Positions 19,401-28,500 of a stretch of 29,235 nucleotides of DNA are shown one piece after another. The stretch covers positions 1 through 29,235 of the forward strand of contig CAYLSY010000001.1 in assembly GCA_964386275.1 (NCBI GenBank), read 5' to 3'. Each line of letters begins with the position of its first letter. Positions within the stretch are counted from its first letter, which is position 1. The notes under the pieces were generated by a model. It saw only the letters and a program-made list of their open reading frames with translations, was not told the DNA's origin and did no database searches. The position numbers and the translations under genes were made by a program. The stretch is from an uncultured Hyphomicrobiales bacterium (lineage in GTDB: Bacteria > Bacteroidota > Ignavibacteria > Kapaibacteriales > UBA2268).

Positions 19401-22400
19401 TCCATTCGGATGAGTTATTGGCACCGGATGGAGTACAAATGCCTGAACCGCCTTCGGTATAAGGCGTAAACGGCGCAGTATATCCTTCGGCAGTATAAAT
19501 GAAGCGATTATCAAGAGTTTGGTCATAATAAGTGTAAGTAATAGGCCAAAGATTGCCTCTAAATGTTCCAATTCCCCTCAAACCATCTAAAGAGCCAACT
19601 TCCAAGGCGCCATTGTTTTCAATGTTGACTCCGAAGCAATAAATAAAATTAGTTCCGGTTGCCAGAGTACCGTTGTTTTCAATATTTAATGTTCTTAAAG
19701 CAGAATAATCGCGTCTATCCGAGCCATTTGTGCGGTTTCCGCTCCCAATGGATTTGTCGAGTACGACCCGCCGTCCGTTTCCAATATATGCAATATCAAA
19801 AAACTGAGTAGGCACGCGGCTTGCTGGCGGACCATCATAATCAACTTCAGACCATGTATTGACATCGAACCAATCGCCGTCTTGGCGCGACCAAAATGTA
19901 GTCGTTCCGGTTTCCAATGCCCTACCGGTTATAAAATCAGCCCAAAGTGTATCAGTATCAATTAGCGTTGAACCGTATGAACTTGCCGGCGCAGCATATA
20001 ACTTCACATTGACATCGCTTCCGGTATAAGTATATGTTCCGGTCGGGCGGTCTGCGCAAATATTAGTTCCGAAATTTGATTGTGTCGTCGTTTTATTAAA
20101 AATATTCCAATCATTATTTGCCCATGAATCAATATCAAAACAGCCCGGTACGGCTCCAAAGCGCAAATCCTGCGGATTTAAGAAAGTTAAATTAATATCC
20201 GTTGTCCTTGTTCCGAGCCTGAAAGTTGAGCCTTGAGGTTTAGTGGTGCGCCAAAATCGTTGTACCAGCCAAGCTGCATCAATTCCTCCGGCAGGCATTG
20301 AACCGAAATTCGGATGTTCACCGTCAACCATCGTTACAGCTAGATAACCCGCTGCTGGCGAACCTCCTGTGCCATTAAATGTTATTGTAATCGGACGATA
20401 GCCAATTAATGAATCCGTTCCAACGTGCCATGTAACGTTCGTTGGGTTTGCCGTGCCAACCCAGCGACGAAGCTGACCGTAAACATGACCCGAATCAGAC
20501 CTTGTCAGAGTTGCGCCGTTGTTGATTTGGATATAATTCGCAAAAGTCGGCGAAACCAATACGCCTTTGTTGCCGCTGCGGAATTGCAACAGGTTCGTTA
20601 TTGTAACCGGATTATCCCGAATAACAAGATTGCCTGCGGTTTTCTGCAAACGCAACTGGTAAAACGTTTGGGCTGCGCTCGATTTAATAGTATCTGCAGT
20701 CGCTCCGTTGAAATCGACGATATAATTATTTGGAGTAAATGCGCCATAATTAATCCAGTTGCCATTCACTGTCAAATTCGAACCGGCAGACAATGTGCCG
20801 CTTTGAATATAAAGGCTGTCGACAACGACAAGATTCGCTTTGTTGAACGTTACGGTATTCGACGCTTTGTTCACTTGCAAAGTGGCTACGGAATCCGGAA
20901 CGGCTTCGTTTGCTTGAGTTTGAGCATTAGTTCCGGTATAAATGAAATGCCCGCGAAAATGGCTGCCGTAATTATAATTGCGCGTCGAAAGCTGAATATT
21001 TCCGCTTCCGGCATTGGTTATGCCCGAAGCATGACCGATACCTAAAGCTCCGTTGCGCTTCAAACGAAATTCGCCTGTGCCGCTGATAACGTTGCTGCCG
21101 CAATATAGCGCTCCAGTTGAGTCTATTGTAACAATACCGGGATATGTTTCGGATAAATTTACATCAAGTGTTATGCTTTTATTGTTACCAATAAAAATAA
21201 GCGGATTACCCTGCGCCAACGGGTCGCTCGGAGCAAAAGCCGCCGGAGGACCGTCGTAGCCTTGTGTTGACCAATTCGCCGCTGTGGATAGATTTCCGCT
21301 ATTAATACTGTAAAAACTATATTGTCCGGGTTCGCCAACTGCTATAGTGCCGAGCGAATCGAGTCTGCGATATTGAACGGTAGAATCAGTAAGTGTTCCA
21401 ATCAACGGTTTAGATAAATACTGCGGTAAAATCCAATTGCCGTTCAAATCAAGCAAGCGAGGTTCGAAAAGTGTCCAGTTTGCACCGCCACGAAGGTCGC
21501 TTGTAGGGACATATTGTATCGTTGCATCATAAGTTCTGGAAAATGCTAAATTAAATGAGCTGCCGGCTGGCTTTGTGATAGACCATTGACGGGCAACGTG
21601 CTTTGAAGAACTCAATGCGCTACCAATGGGCTGAATAACTGTATTTGTTGTATTATCCCACGACAAAGGCGTGCTTCCAACCTGAATAGTATCACTCAAC
21701 ACATTCAAATAACCTGTCGTACCGCCGGTTCCGGTGGTTGTCATCGTCAGCGGAGTGTAGTTATGATTATGCCCGACTTCGAAAACAACGGTCTGAACGC
21801 CGGTTTTGAAAATCTTGCGTAATGAGCCGTCTATATGCCCCGGATTAGCCCCCGGCCTAGTAATTGTAGCTGTCGAATCGAGCTGCAGGTAACGTCCCCG
21901 TGTTCGCAAATTACCTTTGAGAAGCGAGATATTGCCGTTTGCATTAATAAAAATACCGTTATCGGCTGAAGAATAGCCGACGTATGAAGCGCAAACACTA
22001 TCGGGACCGTTTATTATCATGTTATAAAAATACTCGTTTCCTGAAGTGCGAGTCATTGTTTGCTTGCCGGTTCCTTCAAACGAAACGGTAGAATTTCCTG
22101 GCAAGAATGTTCCGCCTTGATTGAGCCAATTGCCCTTTAGCGCTAATAGAGTTGCATTTGGAGCGGTTCTCATCGAAAATTTCGTTAAAGTATCAATAAC
22201 GAAATTGCCGCGAATGCGCATCATGTCATTTGGACGTATATAACCTTCGCCAACAACTTCAACGTGATAAAACGGATTCGCAGAAGTGTCGCGAGACGTA
22301 ATCAAATTCGGTATCAATGGGTCGTTAGAGCTTGTTCGGAAGCGAACGGTATTAGTTCCTGGATTGAAAGAACCACTTATATTTACCCAGTGGCGCTGCA

Positions 22401-25400
22401 CTTCGAGGTTAAAACCATTTGATTCGAACGAAGCGTTATTGTTAATTGTCAAATCGTTCAAAATTATGACGGGAGTCGTTCCCGAACCAAGCAAACGCTT
22501 GGTTCCAGCGCTATCCAGCTTCAAATTAAAATATGACAGATTGAATACAGTATCAGCAGGAGCAAGCGGACGACAAGGAATGTCTTGGGTGGAACCGTTT
22601 TTATTGAAAACAACAGTCGAACCGTTTGTTTGGAAGCGCTGGCTGACGGGACCGGTAAATGTCAAATCTGATATATCCAAACTATTGCCGATACGTATTT
22701 CGCCTTGCGATTGAAGCGTTACAACACCAGAGACCGAACCGCTAATTTTCAAGTCGTAATAACGATTAACTGCAGGGGTAAGCGCAGAACTGGGTATAAG
22801 CGGATTGGCAATTCCGTGGAATGTTACCCTTCCGGCATTAAAAGTAGGTGCAGCATAATTCGCCGGAAAGCCGGTTCGCAGCAAAAGTTCACCGCCGGTC
22901 ATTTTAAGCGTTCGATTAGAGCTGCCGCCATCCATTGAGTAGCTGCCGACATCAAGGCAGCCTTGATTAATGACAATCGAATCATTGATTATGATAGCCT
23001 TGCTTAACTTTACGGTGTCAGTAAGCGCTCCGCCTTGAATTTTCACTACATTCACCGGCGATGGCAAGGCGTCTCCGGTTGTTTGAAGCGCCGCAGTCGA
23101 ATCGATAAACCGATAAGTCCCTCGTTGAGTAAAGCTACGCACAATCGTTTGAACAGCGCCGCTGTCCTGCTTTGTCGTTGCAAGCACGATTCCTTGCGGA
23201 TGGGCAATATCAAGTTCGCCGCCGTCATTGGCTAAAATAGTTGAACCTACTCTGAGAGTATCGCCGTGCATAAAGTTGCTGCCGAGGATACGAAGCCTGC
23301 CGGTTTTTGTAACGGTATTGACGACGCCTTTATCGACTATTACTGCATTGAAAGGCGCTGTGGCAGCCGAAACCGTAACGGTGTCACGAATGAAAACACG
23401 GTCGCTGCGTTTATTAGGCGCAGTGTTCGACGGATTGCCCGTGTATTCGAAACCGAGTTTAGACCACGTCGATGGATCGTTGTAGTCGCCGTTTTTTATG
23501 CTGTAATAATATGCTCTGCCTATGTTTTCTTCGCCAGCTACCCAATCACCGTTTAAAGAATCAGCCATTTGGGAATAAAAAAATCGAGCGCCCCAATTGA
23601 CTATATTGTTTGTCCTGCCGGGACCGACCTGCCAATATCCCAAAGGGTCGGGATATGATGGATGGAAATTCCAAACAAGATAATCAGCATCGGAGCCACG
23701 CACTTCTGTTTCGTGATAATAAAAAAACGCATCTAAAGAACGTATGGGTTTGAAAGTTAAATTCTCAGTCTTCATAACCCAATATTTTGTCAAAGAAGTA
23801 TTATTGGTTTCAACTGCAGGATGCTCCATAGGAATAGCCTTACATGAAACTGAAGCGTTCGGATAATACATAACGCTGTCCGGATGAAAATATACTGTTG
23901 ATGGCGTAAATACTTTGATAATGGCGGTATCTGAACCGGTTATTTGTCTTCCATAAGTTCCTATAGGGAAAAACAGATTTATAGGCGGTATCGGAGGAGT
24001 TATGTCTGGAGTAATCAATTTTTTAATTCTGCCGCAATCGGCAGTCCAACTCGGATTGAAAATCATCTTTTTGTTGTTAAAAGAAGTATCTGTTGTGGCA
24101 GCAGTAGAATAAATATCTCCGTTTGTGCCTATTGTCAAAGAATCAAGGTTAATATTAAATAATGTATTTGATACAAGACGCAAATTGCCGTTTACCGTAA
24201 CCGATGTGTCGAGAACGACTTGGTTTGTTGTATCGGAGCCGGCAATTTGTTTATTAATAGTCAAATTATTAAATGCGGTAGTAACAGCGCCTTGAATTCG
24301 TTGCTCAGGCAGTCCATTCATTGTAACGGTAGCAGCTCCGGCAGTGAAAGCCAACAAATCCGTTGTTGAGTTATTTATCCAATTGCCTCCGAGCGTAATA
24401 TTTCTATTGTTAGCGTCAAATCTGCCAGCGCCTGTTCCAGCTATTGTAATATTGCTTACAACGCTTAAATCATTGTTTATAATCCGAGCGATAGGGCTGT
24501 TCGTGCCAGTCATCAGCAAATTTCCGATTGCATGAGTTGTATTCAATCGATAAGTTTCAGCGTTATTACGGGCGTCGATTTTTACCGTACCGCCGGTTAC
24601 GTTCGAAGCTCCTGCAACTGAGTAGAACTCACCGTTTGCAAATGCGGAGGCTTGGCTCTTCAATACAATTTCGCCTGCTGAAGTATAAAAGGATGAGCCA
24701 GCCGAACCTAAATCGAACAAAGCGCGAGTTGCGCTTGTGTTTTGCGAGCCGTAACCAAGATTGATTGTTCCGCCGCTTTGAGTAAAACGCAGCGAATCGC
24801 TGTCGCTAGCATTACGCGAAAGGCGCGCATTAACGTTTAGCGTACCGCCTTCGACGGTTAATTGCGCCGCCGAAGAACCCGATTCATATAGTAAATTATT
24901 TTCGTTTGCGCCTGCACCAATGTTGATTGTTCCGTTCGTTAATCGAAGCAAGCCCTGAAGAAGCAAACTGGCATTTTGACCGGTGAAAATCACGTTTTCG
25001 TTATCGAGCCACAGCCCGGAATTGCTGTTTATTGTGTAATTTAATATCGAAAAGAAATTGTTTGTGAATGAAAATGTGCCGCCGATATGAAAAATACCCC
25101 TCTCAAGCGATAAAAACGGATTATTTGCCGAAAAAGCCGTCGAAAGCACATCCAATCTGTCATTTGCTGATGTTTTATTTAAAATAATATCGTAAAATTC
25201 GGTTGTCGTTCCAGTTCCGGAAATTTGTGCATTGCCGCTACCAATAAAAGAAACAGTCCCTTGAAGCGAAAATTGGTCACCATTATTAGTCCAGTTGCCG
25301 ATTATCGTAACATCGCCGTTTATATGGAAAATGCCGTTGTTCGTTAGCGAGCCGTTAATTTTAACTATTGCATCAGGACGTATTGAAACAACCGCATTAG

Positions 25401-25491
25401 GGCGGATATTGACTAAGCTCTGCCCAAATACTGCATTGAGTGCCAAGAATAGTAAAAATAGGATATATATATGTAATCTATTGAATGTCAT
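13498..25491 (-). CDS. Giant 3997-aa secreted repetitive beta-solenoid protein with six cap/solenoid/connector units and a GEVED domain
   Basis: Signal peptide ends AVFG-Q. Six cap motifs of type FYS...G.W....TW (codons near 23514, 21321, 19902, 18033, 15942, 14484), recurrent W.N.G.F...TV.F.G...Q rungs, and six connectors with F.VG/Y.P/HP/R.W motifs. Ends INNNGVIELGE with no recognisable CTD or beta-barrel. Confidence 0.9.
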   Translation of the reverse strand: MTFNRLHIYILFLLFLALNAVFGQSLVNIRPNAVVSIRPDAIVKINGSLTNNGIFHINGDVTIIGNWTNNGDQFSLQGTVSFIGSGNAQISGTGTTTEFYDIILNKTSANDRLDVLSTAFSANNPFLSLERGIFHIGGTFSFTNNFFSILNYTINSNSGLWLDNENVIFTGQNASLLLQGLLRLTNGTINIGAGANENNLLYESGSSAAQLTVEGGTLNVNARLSRNASDSDSLRFTQSGGTINLGYGSQNTSATRALFDLGSAGSSFYTSAGEIVLKSQASAFANGEFYSVAGASNVTGGTVKIDARNNAETYRLNTTHAIGNLLMTGTNSPIARIINNDLSVVSNITIAGTGAGRFDANNRNITLGGNWINNSTTDLLAFTAGAATVTMNGLPEQRIQGAVTTAFNNLTINKQIAGSDTTNQVVLDTSVTVNGNLRLVSNTLFNINLDSLTIGTNGDIYSTAATTDTSFNNKKMIFNPSWTADCGRIKKLITPDITPPIPPINLFFPIGTYGRQITGSDTAIIKVFTPSTVYFHPDSVMYYPNASVSCKAIPMEHPAVETNNTSLTKYWVMKTENLTFKPIRSLDAFFYYHETEVRGSDADYLVWNFHPSYPDPLGYWQVGPGRTNNIVNWGARFFYSQMADSLNGDWVAGEENIGRAYYYSIKNGDYNDPSTWSKLGFEYTGNPSNTAPNKRSDRVFIRDTVTVSAATAPFNAVIVDKGVVNTVTKTGRLRILGSNFMHGDTLRVGSTILANDGGELDIAHPQGIVLATTKQDSGAVQTIVRSFTQRGTYRFIDSTAALQTTGDALPSPVNVVKIQGGALTDTVKLSKAIIINDSIVINQGCLDVGSYSMDGGSSNRTLKMTGGELLLRTGFPANYAAPTFNAGRVTFHGIANPLIPSSALTPAVNRYYDLKISGSVSGVVTLQSQGEIRIGNSLDISDLTFTGPVSQRFQTNGSTVVFNKNGSTQDIPCRPLAPADTVFNLSYFNLKLDSAGTKRLLGSGTTPVIILNDLTINNNASFESNGFNLEVQRHWVNISGSFNPGTNTVRFRTSSNDPLIPNLITSRDTSANPFYHVEVVGEGYIRPNDMMRIRGNFVIDTLTKFSMRTAPNATLLALKGNWLNQGGTFLPGNSTVSFEGTGKQTMTRTSGNEYFYNMIINGPDSVCASYVGYSSADNGIFINANGNISLLKGNLRTRGRYLQLDSTATITRPGANPGHIDGSLRKIFKTGVQTVVFEVGHNHNYTPLTMTTTGTGGTTGYLNVLSDTIQVGSTPLSWDNTTNTVIQPIGSALSSSKHVARQWSITKPAGSSFNLAFSRTYDATIQYVPTSDLRGGANWTLFEPRLLDLNGNWILPQYLSKPLIGTLTDSTVQYRRLDSLGTIAVGEPGQYSFYSINSGNLSTAANWSTQGYDGPPAAFAPSDPLAQGNPLIFIGNNKSITLDVNLSETYPGIVTIDSTGALYCGSNVISGTGEFRLKRNGALGIGHASGITNAGSGNIQLSTRNYNYGSHFRGHFIYTGTNAQTQANEAVPDSVATLQVNKASNTVTFNKANLVVVDSLYIQSGTLSAGSNLTVNGNWINYGAFTPNNYIVDFNGATADTIKSSAAQTFYQLRLQKTAGNLVIRDNPVTITNLLQFRSGNKGVLVSPTFANYIQINNGATLTRSDSGHVYGQLRRWVGTANPTNVTWHVGTDSLIGYRPITITFNGTGGSPAAGYLAVTMVDGEHPNFGSMPAGGIDAAWLVQRFWRTTKPQGSTFRLGTRTTDINLTFLNPQDLRFGAVPGCFDIDSWANNDWNIFNKTTTQSNFGTNICADRPTGTYTYTGSDVNVKLYAAPASSYGSTLIDTDTLWADFITGRALETGTTTFWSRQDGDWFDVNTWSEVDYDGPPASRVPTQFFDIAYIGNGRRVVLDKSIGSGNRTNGSDRRDYSALRTLNIENNGTLATGTNFIYCFGVNIENNGALEVGSLDGLRGIGTFRGNLWPITYTYYDQTLDNRFIYTAEGYTAPFTPYTEGGSGICTPSGANNSSEWISRIQLPGIDANHSIDNTSGASVSPQAYEYYVSQQANLNAGSSYTLTMTPGFGTTRNQRWIAWIDYNMNGDFTDAGEQLFSATTASSSAVSRSFTVPSGNMPGTTRMRVKMYRSTSSAGSDVCDNPAYGEVEDYSIRIFNPNYTLPAQTTGDGLPANVGAFIVQSPRSGAVNPQVTLSKNVTCADSLKIISGILNAGAYTIGIKGDFINDTIGGFNAQTSEVLFKGDSRDTIRGSQPITFNKITINKPTTTEKVYLENNITVGNVFKFSTDNNLYLNPNNTLTFNATGSVSPDAGSFSSKRMFQVDGISLNDTITKQFSGTTFNFTFPVGVDSIYNPASFNFRGTNSGNAAIKLLLKAEKHPARLTENILSKYWRVSSTGITVDTTLPATYTFGYSVYDINGDVNWYIPGRHKTPGGWEINLGTNPVALPSPITVVQEPGLDGDWTAGHPLVYFNGRVFYSIKSGVWNNRYNWSNDAVLKHSGTAASYYPGMLFNNDTVNIDGHIIVFKDSAHVSIDSLRIGGTNPAAGAGRLLFGDTPSIKTLEMRTLFLDADNGYIGDTSSIANRYDTLKISQDLINLSTGHGINLYKSATNFTALKFGGDSVSTISGNGKWGRLPKVFLTKTGLTDTLINASSTFSLATDTVSNFMFYPNGGVFRHTVADTMCIAKGNTNLTIISGSGFDIRSGALRSDTNIVASYNTTTYLNGGSLIVGNNADECLFYSDGSKFDILSGSIDIAGCFTRLTDGALVNITIDTFGIARVMRIGNTRADRIGFDIRNAGSTFNMDGGRIIVAKGSAEASLDYYVDAAAGVKMRGGIIQSGDSSIAAGAVPIKLKGTMPIFGFHASNAPGNAAQTHFISLDTILNDAYIDVNHTMQIQGNLALGGDLINYGTLSASSAGTLELFGSGNTQTLFNSTGAALEFYNLKIAKPDSGLVQLGLDASDNSNIVVRNNLEFALGNKSLIDSRTFNKYVEVSPSGGSAAEIVINGPGHINGRLYRWIETGQVTKLFPIGNDTLEYGYRPVIFQTTGTGGTAGLVGAISYNVQHPDITNLYPLGRIDNNIQRYWNINHKGGFVLDSLTRSFALTLEYTLPRDTIGLNITLPFLEQFRRTPGWDTIPAAWYITNTTTRTDSTVKSVGNKHFGDFLLAEPEGQSFYSYRDGYWNDVNTWSLTDYLIENTPPANRYPGFNNGLLVTTDKVYIGNGKKVYIPSGLNPQIEVRAVIVENPANLPPGELYILDTTNTGVSNVIYGNTFELQDSCTLGMQRADGLVPVGMPGGGIQTEIRSFGVSRYIFNANNPNYGQTTGRALPDSISALIADNPIQIVAISNFPGAQTLKIRDSLVSNSGVLSVGNRNINLYRNISAWGAATFNPGNASNITFAGSGTKNVNIGNSSGIPFHNLILNMNSGGNVMVNRLNASANANLYVNNQLNFTANDNLITLGDSASIYILNADNINGIVGYGAGKYIKTSQTSGYLVRNMNATGLPKTYTFPVGSFYEATESYAPADFLAQSGAVGGYMGVRTSPGSHPTNLGAHFKISSTPEISYLQRYWVVDTMTSKLNGKLTFNFNLTDTIGTEFVKAGRWRPIKETNGGRWKTFTVADGFSFNFGGSPNFQTYDDALYSDLHGDWTAGSEQAFRRIFYSLRDGLWNDPNSWTYKKDHLGPQIFGSGLWPNEPEDSVVIGGGANGVGNHIITLNVDAPFGAGDGAGVALGTEAANTGTLDCGANTLNGLYFSFGELSTLRIGSTQGISALGGTTGNILTSVSREFNTNGIYEYNGTANQVIGNGLPSTVNSLIINNSGAPGNNTVIIDKNINISSNLSILSGTLDAVSYTLKNITGAGTMTNANGATMRIGGTNNSLFDVITNYSVYDIGISSIFEFYGDNQDVSIVPDLFYNYLTDTGNGYGLLYTTNFGTKNVTRKVLVRSNFVNSLGATVFIDGIDALMVRGNVINSALINNNGVIELGE
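18985..19440 (-). other. GEVED domain inside the 3997-aa protein
   Basis: CTPSGANNSSEWISRI...AWIDYNMNGDFTDAGE...FTVP...TTRMRV...YGEVEDY; the namesake motif is encoded at 19000-19017. Confidence 0.92.
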
Positions 25492-25506
25492 TAAATTATA
25501 TCGTCA

Positions 25507-28500
25507 TTAACTTAGTTTGTGTATTGAGACGTATGTTTTAGCTTTACCTGTAACAAGACTCTGAACAGAAGTCCATAAATGAAATACTCTTACTTCCAAC
25601 CATTCACCTGCATTTAAATAAATAATATCTGAAATAACCGGAGCATTATTTGTAGGAATCAATGGGGTTTGTGAAGAACCTGATTCATTTAAAGCAAGGT
25701 TATTTCCATATGAGTAATAAGTTTCTGTATTATCAGAATTAGAATATATTGCTATAGAACAAAACCTATTCGCTGATGCAGTACCTGAGCCACTTAAATT
25801 AAATTCAACTCTTGAATTAACTTGGTAATATCCCGCTTGCTTTGCAGTAAACCTACTAGTAGTAATATCGAACTCTTCCTGTTCATCGAAATTCTCAACA
25901 TTAAAATTCACTTTAGTCCATGTATTTATAGGTATTGATTGTTCTGTATTTAAATACGCCCTTACTCTGCTTTGATGTTTCAAATCCACAATACCTTCAC
26001 TGCCTTCTTCGGCATGAATAATAACTTGCTCTTCGCCTTTTATTTTGAATACAAGCGGATTTGTGTTAGTCGGCTCCGATGAACCCAAAAAGTCGCTTTC
26101 AGTGATTTCATTCCCTCCGAGCAACCACGCTGAACCGCCGCCGCCGCTGTTCGCTTCTGTAGTGATTGTTTCCCAGTCGTCGTTTCCACGTATTTTCATT
26201 CTTCTTTCAGTCGAGCTGTAGTAAATCATACCGGGAACCGGGTCGGCAGGTTCATTCTCCAAGGGTACCATAAAGATAGCAATTGGGTCTATTGTTCCGG
26301 TAACAATCAAATCGCCGTTGATGCGTACATCACCGAGCATTTCTACGTTAATAGAATCGTCATCAAAAGTTGTAACTCCAAGTCCAACCCTGCCCTCGAC
26401 AAATAAGCCGTCATCAGGCGCGGTTACAGAGCCTGCATAACCCGAACCAATAACAACCCCGCCGGCAACATCAAGCAAGTTCACAGGAGATGTTTCTCCG
26501 ATTCCTATATTAGTTCCATCATTTATCAATAAATCTGACGCCACCCAGCCTGTGCCGTCATGTCTTAAAGTTTGCTCTTCTGCGCCGCTCGGTAAAGCAA
26601 CGTCAACCCAGCTTAGAAAGCCGGACAAGCCAGATGTGGAAAGCACTTGGCCGGAATCGCCTTGAGTAATTGGCAATGTATATGTATATGTATCAGCCAT
26701 GCTTGGGTCTGATAAAAACGATACACCACCAGTTGCATTTTCATTATATACCGATAGATTACCTAATACCATAAAGGAATTTGAAGCATTCTCCCAAATC
26801 AGATTCGGACTGCCAGTAATTTGGTGGTTCGAAGACCAAAATGTAACTTGATTCATTACCGGTGCGCCGCTTGTGTCCGCTTTTTCATTAAATAAATTCC
26901 AGTCATCGCTCGAAAGATAACCTGCGCTTGCGTTTCCAGCTTGCGCCACTTCTATAGTAACGCCTGTTCCGATTACTGAACCTTCGCCGCCGGTTATTGT
27001 AAGAACACTCGAATTGGTTTCTTCCAAATTGCCAGTAGTTAATGCATCAAGTTTATTATTAAAAGTGTTCCAGTCATCGCTCGAAAGCGCTCCCGTTGTG
27101 GTTGCAGAAGCCAAACCAAGTGATAATTCCTGAACATCAAGGCTCAATCCGTTAGCTGTTCCAAGTGTAACGGCAGGATGAGATTCCAATTCCAGAGCAT
27201 CTACTGAGCCTTGCAATTTTCCAAAGGCATCTAAAATATTATCAGTAGCCGTAATATCGCCAGTTGATGTAATAAAACCGGTTAAAATTTTGCCTATTAC
27301 TGCGCTATTGCTCAAAGTAACAACTCCTGCATTCGAAATTGTCGCTTCGCCGCTCATCGAAACCGAAGCGGCTAAATTAGATGCGTCGCCAACCAAAATA
27401 TTTCCGCTGTTCAACGCAGAACCAACAGGCGACACTCCAGTAATAGTCGTATTTCCAGCCGCTGTCAAGCGTCCCTGCTCATCGACGGTAAAAGTCGCCA
27501 CTTCCGTTGCGCTGCCATAGCTGCCGGCAGAAACAGCGGTATTGGCAAGATTCAATGTAGCCGAAAAACCGTCGCCTAAGGCATCTGCGGCTATGCCGCC
27601 GCTTAAACCTGTCCCGGCAGTTATTGTCGCTGTCTGATTGCCTTCAACAGCAGAGCCTGAGGATGTTCCGTAAGCCACATCCCAAGTCGTTGCTGCAGAA
27701 CCGTCATAGTTTGAGCCGGTTAGCCCTGTGCCTCGAGTTAAAAGCGCATGTGTATGGTCGCTACGTGAGGCTGTATTTGCCGCGCCGCTCCCGGCGAAAT
27801 CGACATCAATAGTCAAATTGCCGTCGTCGGACCCTGCATCAGTAAAACTAATGCCGTTTCCTTCGACTAAAACTCGATTGTTTGATAGATTAGCAGCAGT
27901 TGAAAAAGTAATGAGCGGCGATGAAGATATATTCGAAGCGTTTTGGTCAACATAATCTTTCGTTGTCAAAGTAGTCGGTCCGTCGCCTACGCCTGTCGAA
28001 GCGCTTGTAGCCTTGTTTATTATATTTAGCGAGGAAAAAGTCGGCGAAGAAGTTGCGGCAATATCTTGCGGAGTTGATAGCGTGATTGAACCTGCGGCGT
28101 TAGCCACATTAACCTGATTTGCAGTACCAGTCAGTGTCGCTAATGTATAATTAGTACCATTGCCAATTAATAATTGACCATTCGTGGGAGTAGTCGATAA
28201 ATTTGTGCCGCCGTTAGCAACAGGCAGAACTCCGCTGACTTCCGCCGTAGCCAAATCAACTGCATCGCTAGCGCTGCCGGAACCGACAAAGCGATTAGCT
28301 TGGATGTAGCCAGCACCGGTCGGTGCTAATGAACCTTGAACCAATAAGTTTGCAGTATTTGTGCCATCAGTAATTTGGCTAAATGGCACAGTAACATTCG
28401 TTAGTGAATTTGTCCATGATAATACACCGGAGCCATTGTTCATCAAAAGCGAGTTTGCGGCTCCTTGAGCGATTGGCAGCGTCCAGTCGATGTATGCTGA

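Noticed and set aside
13498-25491. Autotransporter, TpsA/CdiA or contact-dependent toxin
   Set aside because: No C-terminal barrel, TPS domain (NPNG), TpsB partner, toxin tip or immunity gene was seen.
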